The position numbers were made by a program, and so were the translations under genes. This document shows, one piece after another, positions 31,622 through 41,361 of a stretch of 64,000 nucleotides of DNA. The DNA is from an uncultured Coriobacteriia bacterium (GTDB taxonomy: Bacteria; Actinomycetota; Coriobacteriia; Anaerosomatales; CAVYJL01): the NCBI GenBank assembly GCA_963768865.1, contig CAVYJL010000008.1:9307-73306 (forward strand), written 5' to 3'. Numbering within the stretch: the first letter of the stretch is position 1; each line of letters starts with the position of its first letter. Under the pieces are notes generated by a model. The model was not told where the DNA came from. It saw only the letters and a program-made list of their open reading frames with translations, and did no database searches.

Positions 31622-32690
31622 TCAGACGGCCGGCGCCGCGGGGGCTTCCCCAGCTGGGGGAGCGACGGGCGCTTCTGCGGCGACCGGCGCCGCGGGGAGC
31701 CCGGGCCGCGCGATGCGATCGTAGAACGACGGTCCACGCCGTGTTGCGGAACGTGGAGTACACGGCCTTGAACAGCCATGCCCATGAGCGATCAGGAGCA
31801 GCAGCGCCGGCGCGATCAGCCACAGCCATCGACAGCCCGCCGGCGACCACCGAACCGGCGACCACGGCCGCGCTCACGACCACGAGCGGGATGAACAGGA
31901 TCGCCGCAGCGATGCCCACGACGATGTTCACCAGGAGCATGACGAGCCACATGCTCGCCACGCCGCGCTTGGCCCACAGGTCGTCCCAGGTGGCCTTGAT
32001 CGAGTCGATCGCCCCTCGGTCGTCGAGCACCGCGTGCCGCAGCGCCACTTCGTCGAGCATGCTCACGATCACGCCGACCGCGAACGCGACCAGACCGATC
32101 AGCGACAAGACGACTCCCATGCCCACGAGCCCGGCCGCTGCGGCGTCATGCCGCTGGTGATGAGCCGCGATACCGCCGAACACGGCGAACGTGATGCAGC
32201 CCCAGGATGCCGAGCCCGATGAGCGGCAGCGCCAGCAGGAACCCGACCGCGAACACGCGACCCCAGTAGCGCAAGCCCACGCGCCATCCGGCCGCGGCGC
32301 TCGTCGGTCGCCCGGCAAGCGCTTCGCGCGTCTGCTCGATGAGCCCGCCACGGGCGGCGATGCCGATCACCCAGAGCACGAGGCAGATCACGATGAGCGT
32401 CAGGACCGCGAAGCCGATGATCACCCACCACTGAGCGGCGGTCCCCAGCGAAACGCCGAGCTGCGTTGCCGGCCACGTCGAGCCCGCGCTGCAGCGCCTC
32501 GCTGGGCGTGTGGATGTTCTCCCATCCCGGCGGGCACGCCTTTGGAGCTGCACTGGAGCTCGATGAACTCGAGTTCCAGTTAGCTCGTCGACAAGCCTGC
32601 GCTCCCGGCCGCGAACAAGCCCAGGATCCACAGCGCTTGGTTGCGCCGCGTGACTCCCCAGGCCTCCTTCAAGATCCCCATGTAGTCCAT
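31622..32690 (-). CDS. Integral membrane protein of unknown function; indels
   Basis: MDYMGILKEAWGVTRRNQALWILGLFA, GGLI, GWRVGLRYWGRVF; many TM helices. Confidence 0.65.
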
Positions 32691-32809
32691 GGTTCGTCTC
32701 CTCTCAGTCATGCCGACCGAACCTCCGGTCCGGCACGCGTCCGACACAACTTTCTGTATCGATACTGCCGAGAAGAGCTGACGTGGCGTGGACGCAATCC
32801 ATACGAATC

Positions 32810-33755
32810 TCATACGTTCTCCGCGGTGGGTCGGTCGACGCGGGCGGCGGAAACAGCACGGTCACCGAGGTCCGTTCCCCGGCGACGCTGGACACGCGCA
32901 GGGTCGCTCCCATGCGCGCGCTCAGCTCGTGCGCGATCGACAGGCCGAGACCCGCGCCACCCCCGGGACCGACCGACGTCCCGCGCTCGAGCAGCTCGGC
33001 GACGCCCTTGGGGAATCCCTCGCCGTCGTCCCACACGGTGACGGCGCACCCGTCGCTCTCGCGGACGACGCTCACGCCCAGGCTGCGCATGGAGCGCGCG
33101 TGCTTGAGGCTGTTCGCGACGAAGTTGCCGATGACGCGCCCGAGCGCCGCTTCGTCGGCAACGACCTCGCAGGTCGCGTCGGGAATCTCCACGACGACGT
33201 CGATCCCCCGCGATGCGCAGCTCGTGCTCGAAGCCGAGCAGGCACCGGCGGGCGACCTCGCTCACGTCGACCGGCGCGAGCGTGAGACTGAGATCCCCGG
33301 CGTCGAGGCGAGTGAGGTAGAAGAGGTCGTCGGCGAGGCGCGTGAGCTCCGCCGTCTTCATGGCGATGATGTCGAGGTGCCGCTGCTGGATCGTCGCCCA
33401 TCCCGCGCTGGAGGGCGTCGACGTAGCCGGCGATCGACGTGATGGGCGTGCGAAGGTCGTGCGAGAGGTTGCTGATGAGCTGGCTGTGGGCCTCCTCGCG
33501 GCGCAGCGCGTCGGACCGCGCCGCCTGCATCGCCTCGGCAAGCCGGTTGACCGCGGAGGCGAGCTCGGCCGTCTCGCCCGACCCGGGCGCCGTTACGCGA
33601 TGGACGAGGTTGCCGCGCGCCAGCTCGTCGAGGCCCTCGACCACCCGCCGGAGCGCCGAGCTGCCGGTGTCGGCGGTCGGCGACGTACGGCGACCCCCGC
33701 CGCTGCGACGACGAGCACCGCGAGGCCCGATGATGACGATCGTGGCGGGGATCAC
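32810..33755 (-). CDS. HAMP-domain sensor histidine kinase; indels
   Basis: [36 protein letters not shown]. Confidence 0.85.
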
Positions 33756-34479
33756 CGCGCGGCGTCCGCGTTGAAGCGATACCCGATGCCCCACACCGTG
33801 CCGATAAGGACCGGCTCGGAGGGGTCGTCCTCGATCTTGGCGCGCAGGCGACGGACGTGTACCTGGACCGTCGAGAAGTCGCCGCCGAACTCCTCGTCCC
33901 AGACCTGGCTGGTAGATCTGCGCTTTGGTGTACACGCGACCCGGGTGAGCGGCGAGCAGCTTCAGTATCCCGAACTCGGTGGCCGTCAGCTCCACCGGGA
34001 CGTCGCGCACCGTCACCGTGAACGTGGCGGTGTCGATGCGCACCGGTCCCGCGCAGATGATCTCGTCCGCCGAGGCCTGCTCGGCCGATGCCGGCCTCCC
34101 GCTTGCTCGCCGAATACCTGCGCAGATGCGCCTTGACGCGCGCGACGAGTTCGACCGGCGAGAACGGCTTGGTCATGTAGTCATCGGCACCGATGCCCAG
34201 GCCCACGGCCATGTCGACGTCGGAGTCCCTCGCCGACAGCATCATGATCGGCACGTCGGACACCGAGCGTATCCGGCGCGCCACCTCGTAGCCGTCGATG
34301 CCCGGAAGCATGATGTCGAGGATCGCCATGACGTGTGCCGAGGGGTCGAACAGCTCGACCGCGGTCTCGCCGTCGAGCGCGACGTCGACGTCGTATCCCT
34401 CGCGGGTGAGGTTCATCGAGACGACTTCGACGATGGTCTCCTCGTCGTCGAGAACGAGTATGCGGCCCTTGCCGTTCAC
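33752..34479 (-). CDS. OmpR-family response regulator; indels
   Basis: [40 protein letters not shown]. Confidence 0.88.
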
Positions 34480-34557
34480 GCGATCCCTCCCCGAGCAGGC
34501 GCGCGGCGTTCCGGGACGATTGTAGCGGCGGCCCGCTCGTGGTGCGGTGACCGGTCG

Positions 34558-34866
34558 CTAGGCGCAACGGTTCTTGGCGCTCTCCTCCTCGCACGCACCG
34601 AGCCCAACTATGAGTCGACTGCCGAGGGCGTGGGCGACGAGCACCATGGTGCTCAGCGTCGGACTCGACCTGTGCTGGAGCAGTTGGGAGACGCGCGCTC
34701 GGCTGACACCGAGCCGTCGGGCAAGCTCGGCCTGCGAGATGCCCTGCTCCCGCATGATGCGCGCGATGTCGTTCGTGAAGGCGCTGACCACGCGCTCATG
34801 CTCGTAGGCTGCCCTGCTCACGTCGTCATCGATGAGAGCGTCCAGCTGTGTGCGCAGGCTAGACAT
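34558..34866 (-). CDS. XRE-family HTH antitoxin (HigA-like), copy 2
   Basis: GISQAELARRLGVSRARVSQLL; near-identical to copy 1. Confidence 0.85.
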   Translation of the reverse strand: MSSLRTQLDALIDDDVSRAAYEHERVVSAFTNDIARIMREQGISQAELARRLGVSRARVSQLLQHRSSPTLSTMVLVAHALGSRLIVGLGACEEESAKNRCA

Positions 34867-35242
34867 ACGTCTCGCCCTCCTCATAGAAGCGGTCGATCAG
34901 CGCCTTGATCGTCCGCATCGTCTCGTTGAATCGCTTGTCGCTGTCGGTCTTGTCTTCGATCCGCGCTATCACCAAGCCGCGCGAGGTCTCAAACGCGTAA
35001 GCCCGGCATGCCCGAGGGTGATGGACCTTGTACTCACATAGTCGATGTCCGCGATGTCGTTGACCGTCGAGCCACTTGAACAGCTCTGGGTTCTCGGGCG
35101 GGCCGTTTCGATCCACGTCGTCGATGCGCGCGATCATGATCGCGGCGGTCTCGCGGTGCTTGCTCAAGTACTTCAACGGCTGGCACGCACCGGACCCTGT
35201 CACCAGCATCCATGTCGCTCGCCCGACCCTCTCGGCTCTCAT
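34859..35242 (-). CDS. Putative RelE/ParE (HigB-like) toxin, intact
   Basis: 127 aa with FKWLDG..LCEYK...RAYAF; lies upstream of and overlaps the HTH gene (HigBA order). Confidence 0.7.
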   Translation of the reverse strand: MRAERVGRATWMLVTGSGACQPLKYLSKHRETAAIMIARIDDVDRNGPPENPELFKWLDGQRHRGHRLCEYKVHHPRACRAYAFETSRGLVIARIEDKTDSDKRFNETMRTIKALIDRFYEEGETYV

Positions 35243-35394
35243 GTCCGAGTTCCCGCGGGTGCGGTGATTGTAAACAAATACCTTGACACGCGTCTATCCC
35301 CTCGTCAGCCCCCGTCGCTGCCCTATCGGGCCACAGCCTGCTGACCAAAGCCTTACGCGAGGGTTACCAAGGAGGGACTAGGGCGCGCGGAGCA

Positions 35395-35820
35395 CGGGCA
35401 CGGGGGGGTTCGGCGCGCTGCTGGGCTCGTGGGCGCGAGCGAGCATCGGCGGGTACCTGAACAACACGCGGCTCAGCGGCTGGGCCACCCGCATGGGCGC
35501 CCGTGACGCCGGGCCGCGTTCTTCTTCCTGATCCTCTACGTGATAGGCCAGGTGATCGCCGCCTACGCCATCTCCGCCACCCTCCGCATGCGTGCCGAGG
35601 AGGTCGACGGCCGCGCCGACCCGGTCCTGGGCAGCGCCGTGAGCCGCACGCGCTGGGCGGGAGTCATCTCGTGATGGCGACGCTGGGCCCGGCGGCGGTC
35701 GTGGCGGTACTGGGCGCGATGGTCCGAACGCTGACGACCGTGCCCGCAGCCTGCGTGAGCGGGATCGCGATAGCGGTCCTGTCCGCCGCCCACAGCTGGG
35801 TGCCATCGGTTCTCGACCGC
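35395..35820 (+). pseudogene. Fragment of an ABC-2 antibiotic-exporter-type permease
   Basis: IAAYAISATLRMRAEEVDGRADPVLGSAVSRTRW without the rest of the gene; boundaries approximate. Confidence 0.55.
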
Positions 35821-35898
35821 ACATGCTCACAGCACTTGAGGAGCAATGTCAGCCCGGTGCCGTAGCATGTGTTCAGTCCGGCAACATGAGGAGCCTCG

Positions 35899-38800
35899 TT
35901 GAGCATACGCGACCCGTTCTACGCCGACATCGAACAGGCTCTGGGGAGGGTGCAGCTGGACACCGACCTGTTCGAGCGGCTAGCTGCAGCGTTGGTCGAG
36001 TCGAAGGGCTACGCCACCAATCTCGCGGTTGGAGGCGCAGACAACGGATATGACTTCGAGATCCTTGACACTCAGAGAGAGCCCGGACCGGGAGTTGTCA
36101 CTACCAGCGAGCGCGTGACGTCGAACCTCGGTCGGAACCTCGATCGCAACAAGTCCAATTGTCCGCGGGCGGCGAGGAAGACCTACATCGTCACGTCTTC
36201 AGTGCTCACCTCGCGGAAGAGAGACAACCTCAAGAAGGCAGCGACCGAGCGCGGATACACGTGCCTGGGGGCGTCCGATCGCCACGAAGTGGCGCGCTAC
36301 ATCTACGCGCATCCCCACTGGGCGCAAGAGCTCTTGGGGCTGACGGGGCAGCCGTCGGCGCTGTCTGTCGTTCCTCGATCGTCCCGCCCGCTCGCCGACG
36401 TTCCCATCGTCGGGAGGGAGCTAACAGACGAGCGGCTGCGAGGTCTCGGCCACGACGCACTACTGGTCGGGTCGCCGGGTTGCGGCAAGACCGCGCTCTT
36501 GGCTCGGCTTGTGGCCGACGGCGCCGGATCGTTCATGGTCAGCACGGACCTGACCGCAGTCGCGAATGCGATCAGGCAGCAGCAGCCGCACTTGGTCATA
36601 ATCGACGATCTTGAGGACGTCGCAGCCGCTAGCCGCGACCTCACTCGACTCCGCACTGCGATCGGAGCCGACTTCAACATCATCGTGACCGACTGGGAGG
36701 CGAATCCGGAGCTGCAGCAGGCCCTCGGGCTTGGCGATGACGACGTCATCACGCTGGACCAGTTGACGAGAGACGAGATCGTGAGCGTTGTCGAGTCTAT
36801 GGGAGTCAGCGGACCGCGGCCGCTTGTGCGGGAGATTGTCGATCAGGCCGAAGGTGTGCCCGGTCTGGCCGTGACGCTGTCTCAGGCGGCACTGGCTGGC
36901 GACTTCCGCGACCTTTTCGACGGAAACCGTCTCGGGACACTCATGGAGTCCGCGGTGAATCGGTTGCTCGGGAACCCCAACGAGGGGGATCGCGTGGTGC
37001 TAGCCCTGGGCGCAATCGGCCTGGCCGGCGACGCTGGTCTGACGGTCGAGGAGACAGCGGACTTCGTCGGCGTGTCGAGGGGCGAATTGCAGGGACTCCT
37101 GAGGCGCCTTACGTCCGGTGGTCTCATCCACTCTGACCGTCGCCGGGTCACTCTCCGGCCACGTGCCTTAAGACGCTACATGATCCGCAAGGCCTTCTTC
37201 GGCGCAGTTGCGGCAGACCACACTCCGTTGCTCTCCGTCGTGCCAAGTCCGGGAGAGACAGCCAAGGAGCTCGTGTTGGCCTCGCGCGCCGGCGCGGTCG
37301 TTCCAGACCTGCTCGAACTCGTCATCGCGAGCGGTGAGACGATGGCCGCCCGCTACTACGCCGGCTCCGGCGAGCGCCAGGCCAGAGAACTCCTGGAGGC
37401 AGCGCCTGGGCTCGCGAGTAGTGTGGCGACTGAGGCGCTCCACACGGCGCCGGAGATCGTCATTCCTCTCATGCTCACACTGGCTGTCGGCGATGCGCGT
37501 GAACTCCACAACACACCCGAGCAGCCCCTCCGACTCATCAAGGATTGGGCGAACTCGGGTGTCCCGGGTCGCGGCGAGGCAGTTGCGCGCAAGCGCGTCG
37601 TCGTCGATGCGGCACTTGAGTGGGCGGCGAACGGCAACGACTTCGATACCGCCTGCCGCGCCTGCTCTGAGGTCTTGCGCACCGTGTTTGAGGGCAACGA
37701 GACGGACCCCGGCGCGGGCATGACCTTCCATATGGTGCGGGGGATGCTGACCGACAAGGAAATCGAGGAGCTCGCCCCGATCTGGGGCGACATACGCGAA
37801 GCCATCGCGGCGGCGGGGGAGGCCCCTTGGCCGAGCCTCCTGTCGATGTGCTGGGAACTAGTGCACCCGAGCGTGTTCGGCGATTGCTCCGTACAGTCGT
37901 TCGAGGGATCCCGTCGCTTTGGTGAGAAGGCCATAAGCGATCTGGGTAGCTTGGCGGCCGAGCACCCCGGAGTGCTGGATCGCCTGAACACCATGCGCTC
38001 GCAACTCGGACACACCGAGTTCTACGCCATCCCCGAGGACTATGAGACGCTGCTCGGTGAGCACGAGCATGCGGACTGGAAACGGGAGGAGCAGGAGCGG
38101 ACCGAGTTGATCGCCCAGCTTGCGGACGAGTGGTCCGATGGGGAGCCGGCTGCGTTTGCTTCGCGTTTGAACTGGCTGCAGAGCGAAGGTGCGGTAGCGG
38201 GCAAGGGCGGCTACGATCGGTCTCCGCAGCTGTGCCACCTCGTCGCGCAGCGCATTGCTGACCCTGGGCGCTGGTTGGCTGCTCTCGCTGAAGGGGGCGT
38301 CACATCGACCTGTCTTCTGCCCTTCCTCCAACGAGCTGTCCAAGATGATTCCGGCGAATGGGAGACGATCGCACTCCCGATTCTCAGTGATCCGGCTCTC
38401 GAGGCGGCTGCCGTTGAGGTCGCGCTGCGAGCCCCGCATGTCAGCGAGCCCATGTGGGCCGCTCTGAGCCCCAGACTCCCGCGTTACAGTCGATACATCG
38501 ACATTCTCTGCCTCCGCGAACAGGTGCCGCTGGCCACTTTGCGCCGGCTTCTGCACCACGACTCACCCGAAGTGACACACGCGACAGCCGTCGGAATGTG
38601 GACGGGCGAGACCCGCGGTGCCATTCCGGATGAACGCAGACAGGAATGGGAGGACGCGGTCGTCGGGATTGGTGACGACGAGTTCTGGCTTGAAGAGATC
38701 TTGGCGAGCAGCCCGGCGATGGCTGTCCGATGGCTTGTGGCGCGCATCGAGAATGATGATTGGCGCGCACTTTGGAATCGAAAGAACGTGCAAGCAGCCG

Positions 38801-39243
38801 CTTCGACCATGGATGATGACCAGCGCATGGACATGCTTAGGCGCCTGCCCGAGCACTTCTACCTCGATGATGTCACAGCAACCCTGATCGGTGATTCGGA
38901 CGATGTCTATCGACAGGTTCTTTGCGATCCGTCGTTGAACGCCCATTGGGAGGACCCTCTGAAGCGGAGTGCCGATGACAGGTGGCGACGGCGTGCCGGA
39001 ATCGCACTGGACGAGGGGCGTTCGCCGCGGGAGGTAGCAGGAGCGTCCATGCCGACCTCAGACAGCTGGTCCGGCCCTGAGTCGGCTCATCTGCAGACGC
39101 GGATCGACGAGTTCACCCGCTGGCTCGAGGATCCAGACAATCGAATTCAGCAAGTCGCCGCCCTGATCATCGCATGGCTCGCCGAACGCCGGGCGCGAGC
39201 GCTGGCGGACGAACGCCGAAGGGCTATTGAGGGGTACCGATAG
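35899..39243 (+). CDS. Large protein: Mrr/PD-(D/E)xK-like N-terminus, P-loop NTPase and helical C-terminus (STAND-like)
   Basis: FERLAAALVESKGY...GGADNGYDF; VGRE; GSPGCGKT; LVIIDD; AEGVPGLAV; uninterrupted 1114 codons. Confidence 0.7.
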   Translation: MSIRDPFYADIEQALGRVQLDTDLFERLAAALVESKGYATNLAVGGADNGYDFEILDTQREPGPGVVTTSERVTSNLGRNLDRNKSNCPRAARKTYIVTSSVLTSRKRDNLKKAATERGYTCLGASDRHEVARYIYAHPHWAQELLGLTGQPSALSVVPRSSRPLADVPIVGRELTDERLRGLGHDALLVGSPGCGKTALLARLVADGAGSFMVSTDLTAVANAIRQQQPHLVIIDDLEDVAAASRDLTRLRTAIGADFNIIVTDWEANPELQQALGLGDDDVITLDQLTRDEIVSVVESMGVSGPRPLVREIVDQAEGVPGLAVTLSQAALAGDFRDLFDGNRLGTLMESAVNRLLGNPNEGDRVVLALGAIGLAGDAGLTVEETADFVGVSRGELQGLLRRLTSGGLIHSDRRRVTLRPRALRRYMIRKAFFGAVAADHTPLLSVVPSPGETAKELVLASRAGAVVPDLLELVIASGETMAARYYAGSGERQARELLEAAPGLASSVATEALHTAPEIVIPLMLTLAVGDARELHNTPEQPLRLIKDWANSGVPGRGEAVARKRVVVDAALEWAANGNDFDTACRACSEVLRTVFEGNETDPGAGMTFHMVRGMLTDKEIEELAPIWGDIREAIAAAGEAPWPSLLSMCWELVHPSVFGDCSVQSFEGSRRFGEKAISDLGSLAAEHPGVLDRLNTMRSQLGHTEFYAIPEDYETLLGEHEHADWKREEQERTELIAQLADEWSDGEPAAFASRLNWLQSEGAVAGKGGYDRSPQLCHLVAQRIADPGRWLAALAEGGVTSTCLLPFLQRAVQDDSGEWETIALPILSDPALEAAAVEVALRAPHVSEPMWAALSPRLPRYSRYIDILCLREQVPLATLRRLLHHDSPEVTHATAVGMWTGETRGAIPDERRQEWEDAVVGIGDDEFWLEEILASSPAMAVRWLVARIENDDWRALWNRKNVQAAASTMDDDQRMDMLRRLPEHFYLDDVTATLIGDSDDVYRQVLCDPSLNAHWEDPLKRSADDRWRRRAGIALDEGRSPREVAGASMPTSDSWSGPESAHLQTRIDEFTRWLEDPDNRIQQVAALIIAWLAERRARALADERRRAIEGYR

Positions 39244-39663
39244 GTCCGCGGGGCACAGACTGAATCCATCCCGATACCCTCCTCCCGAATGGAAGAATGT
39301 CGGCCGACCCGATCCAGAGCGAGCGGGCCGCAACGGCCGCCGACATGCGTTCGGGTTTGTCGCCGGCGGCTCCGCGAGCGGTACAGAGCCGACGTCGTCT
39401 CGCGTCACGCGGCACAACGAAAGCGCGCTGTCCAAAGCGGCCACCTCGCTACGAACGCCCTCCCCGGGACTGACCGCCGCCAACGCTGGGACCTCGGCCA
39501 CCTTCGGTCCACACGTCCGCGCACGTCGCCGTGCAGCATCGCCCGTTGACTGCCCGCCGCCACAGGCCGTAGCCCGGACCGCTGCAGGATCCGTCGGGCT
39601 CGGAAGAGGACGCATAGGGGTCGAGCCCCGACCTCGGCGGGGCGGCGTCCTCGAGCGGGTAGG

Positions 39664-39985
39664 TCACGAGTATCAGGTACTCCCCCGCGTGGCCGCCGGA
39701 CTCGATCGCGTCGAGGATTGCGTCGACGGCCTCCTCCTCGCCCACGCCGCCGTACCAAACCCCCGGGCTCTCCGCCGGGTAGACCACCACGATCGGCCCC
39801 TTCTCACAGCTCTGCAGGCATCCCGTGTTGCTCACGAGTACGTCCAGGCCGCGGTCGGCGGCCTCCTCCTCGAAGTACTGGACGAGGCCTGCCGAGTCGC
39901 GGCGCTTGCAGGTGCCGTTGGGCTCGCCTGCGACGCGTGAGCTCGTGCAGATGAGGATGTGGTAGCCGGGCTTGTCGACGGCCAT
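39664..39985 (-). CDS. Thioredoxin-like (2Fe-2S) ferredoxin, nif-associated
   Basis: HILICTSSR...GTC...NTGCLQSCEKGPIVVVYP...WYG. The true stop is probably TGA near 39664 after an indel. Confidence 0.8.
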
Positions 39986-40025
39986 GGGTTCCTCCTTGGT
40001 GGAGTCGGAGTCGGTCGTTTCGTTC

Positions 40026-41355
40026 CTAGCAGCCGAGGCCGGCGTTGGCGCCGCCGCACCCGCCGCCGTGGCAGGCGACCTTGCGCGCCACGAGCGAGAG
40101 CGGTTTGCGGCCGGCGTAGACGGCGTCGAGGCCCTCGTCGATGAGGCCGTTCATCTCCACGACCTGGATGCCTTCAACGTCCATCGCGGCGCGGGGCATG
40201 GAGCCGGCGGCGAGGCACAGGAGGGCGCGGCAGTCGTGGAGTTGTTCGGCGAGCTTCTTCCAGCGGTGCACGCCACCGCCCGGGGGCGGGGCGATGCGCG
40301 TCTCCACGAGCTCGAACTCCCCCGCACCGGCGCCCTGCTTGAAGACGAGCAGACGCTCGGCCTCGCCCAGATGCTGGTTCACGAGCATGCCTTCCATGGA
40401 CGCGACGGCCACGTGGGGCCGGGCCTCGGCAGAAGCAGCTGGGGCGCGCTCATCGACGGCAGCGGCGAGCGCCGCCAGCGACACCTCGTCGTGCTCCTCG
40501 CCGAGCAGGCCCACGGCGTCGGCTCGGCAGCGCTGGCAGTGGGTCATCTGCGGGAGGTACGTCTCCGCCTGGTGGCGCACGCGGGACATCGTGAGCTTGT
40601 CGGGCTCGGGGAGGTGCTCGAAGTCGGTGCCGGCCACGGGGTGGAGCGGCACGGCGTTGAAGAGCGAGGCGCCGGCCTCGGCGGTGGCGCGGGCCACGGC
40701 GTCCACGTGGGTGTCGTTCACGCCGGGGATGACGATGCAGTCTGATCTTGACGGTGACGCCGGCCTCGGCAAGTTGCTGGATGCCGGCGAGCTGGCGCTC
40801 TAGCAGCAGCGTTGCGCCGGATTTGCCGCGGTGGATGGCTTTGCCGTCGCGGATCCATGAGTACACGCGGGCGCCGATCGCAGGGTCCACGGCGTTCACG
40901 GTCACGGTCACGTGCGACACGCCCAGCTGGATTATGCGGTCTGCATAAGCCGGAAGGGCGAGGCCGTTGGTGGCCAGGCACAGCAGCTTGTCGGGGTGCT
41001 TGGCGCGGATGAGCTCGAGCGTGCCGAACGTCTCGTCGGGGTTGGCGAGCGGGTCGCCCGGGCCGGCGATGCCCACGACGTTCGTGTGCGGGACGCGGTC
41101 CAGCACGCCGTCGAAGTACCTGGCGGCCTGCTCCGGCGTGAGCACGGCGCTGGTCACGCCGGGGCGCGTCTCGTTGGCGCAGTCGTACTTGCGGTCGCAG
41201 AAGTTGCACTGCACGTTGCACTTGCGGGCGACGGGCAGGTGTACGCGCGCGAAGCGGTGCCGGGCCTCGCGGTCAAAGCACGGGTGGCCCTCGAACCCGG
41301 ATGGCGTGGCCACTCCGGCACAGGTCTCGGTGCTCAGGTCGGTCACGTCGGTCAC
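40026..41355 (-). CDS. nifB: FeMo-cofactor biosynthesis radical SAM protein with NifX-like domain; indel near 40741
   Basis: HPCF, HLPVARKCNVQCNFC, NETRPG, GIAGPGDPLAN, HCQRCRADA, VNQHLGEA. Confidence 0.95.
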
Positions 41356-41361
41356 CTCTCT

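Larger units (their letters stand above)
34553..35368 (-). repeat. Direct repeat copy 2 of the TA module and its upstream region
   Basis: Similar to 24646..25291, same orientation. Confidence 0.85.

Noticed and set aside
39244..39660. Mobile-element end or gene remnant between the STAND-like gene and nif
   Set aside because: I could not recognise terminal repeats or protein motifs, so it is left unannotated.
39449..39663. C-terminal extension of the ferredoxin to 178 aa
   Set aside because: The domain ends near GEYLI, and a one-base correction gives a TGA near 39664. The tail looks non-coding.
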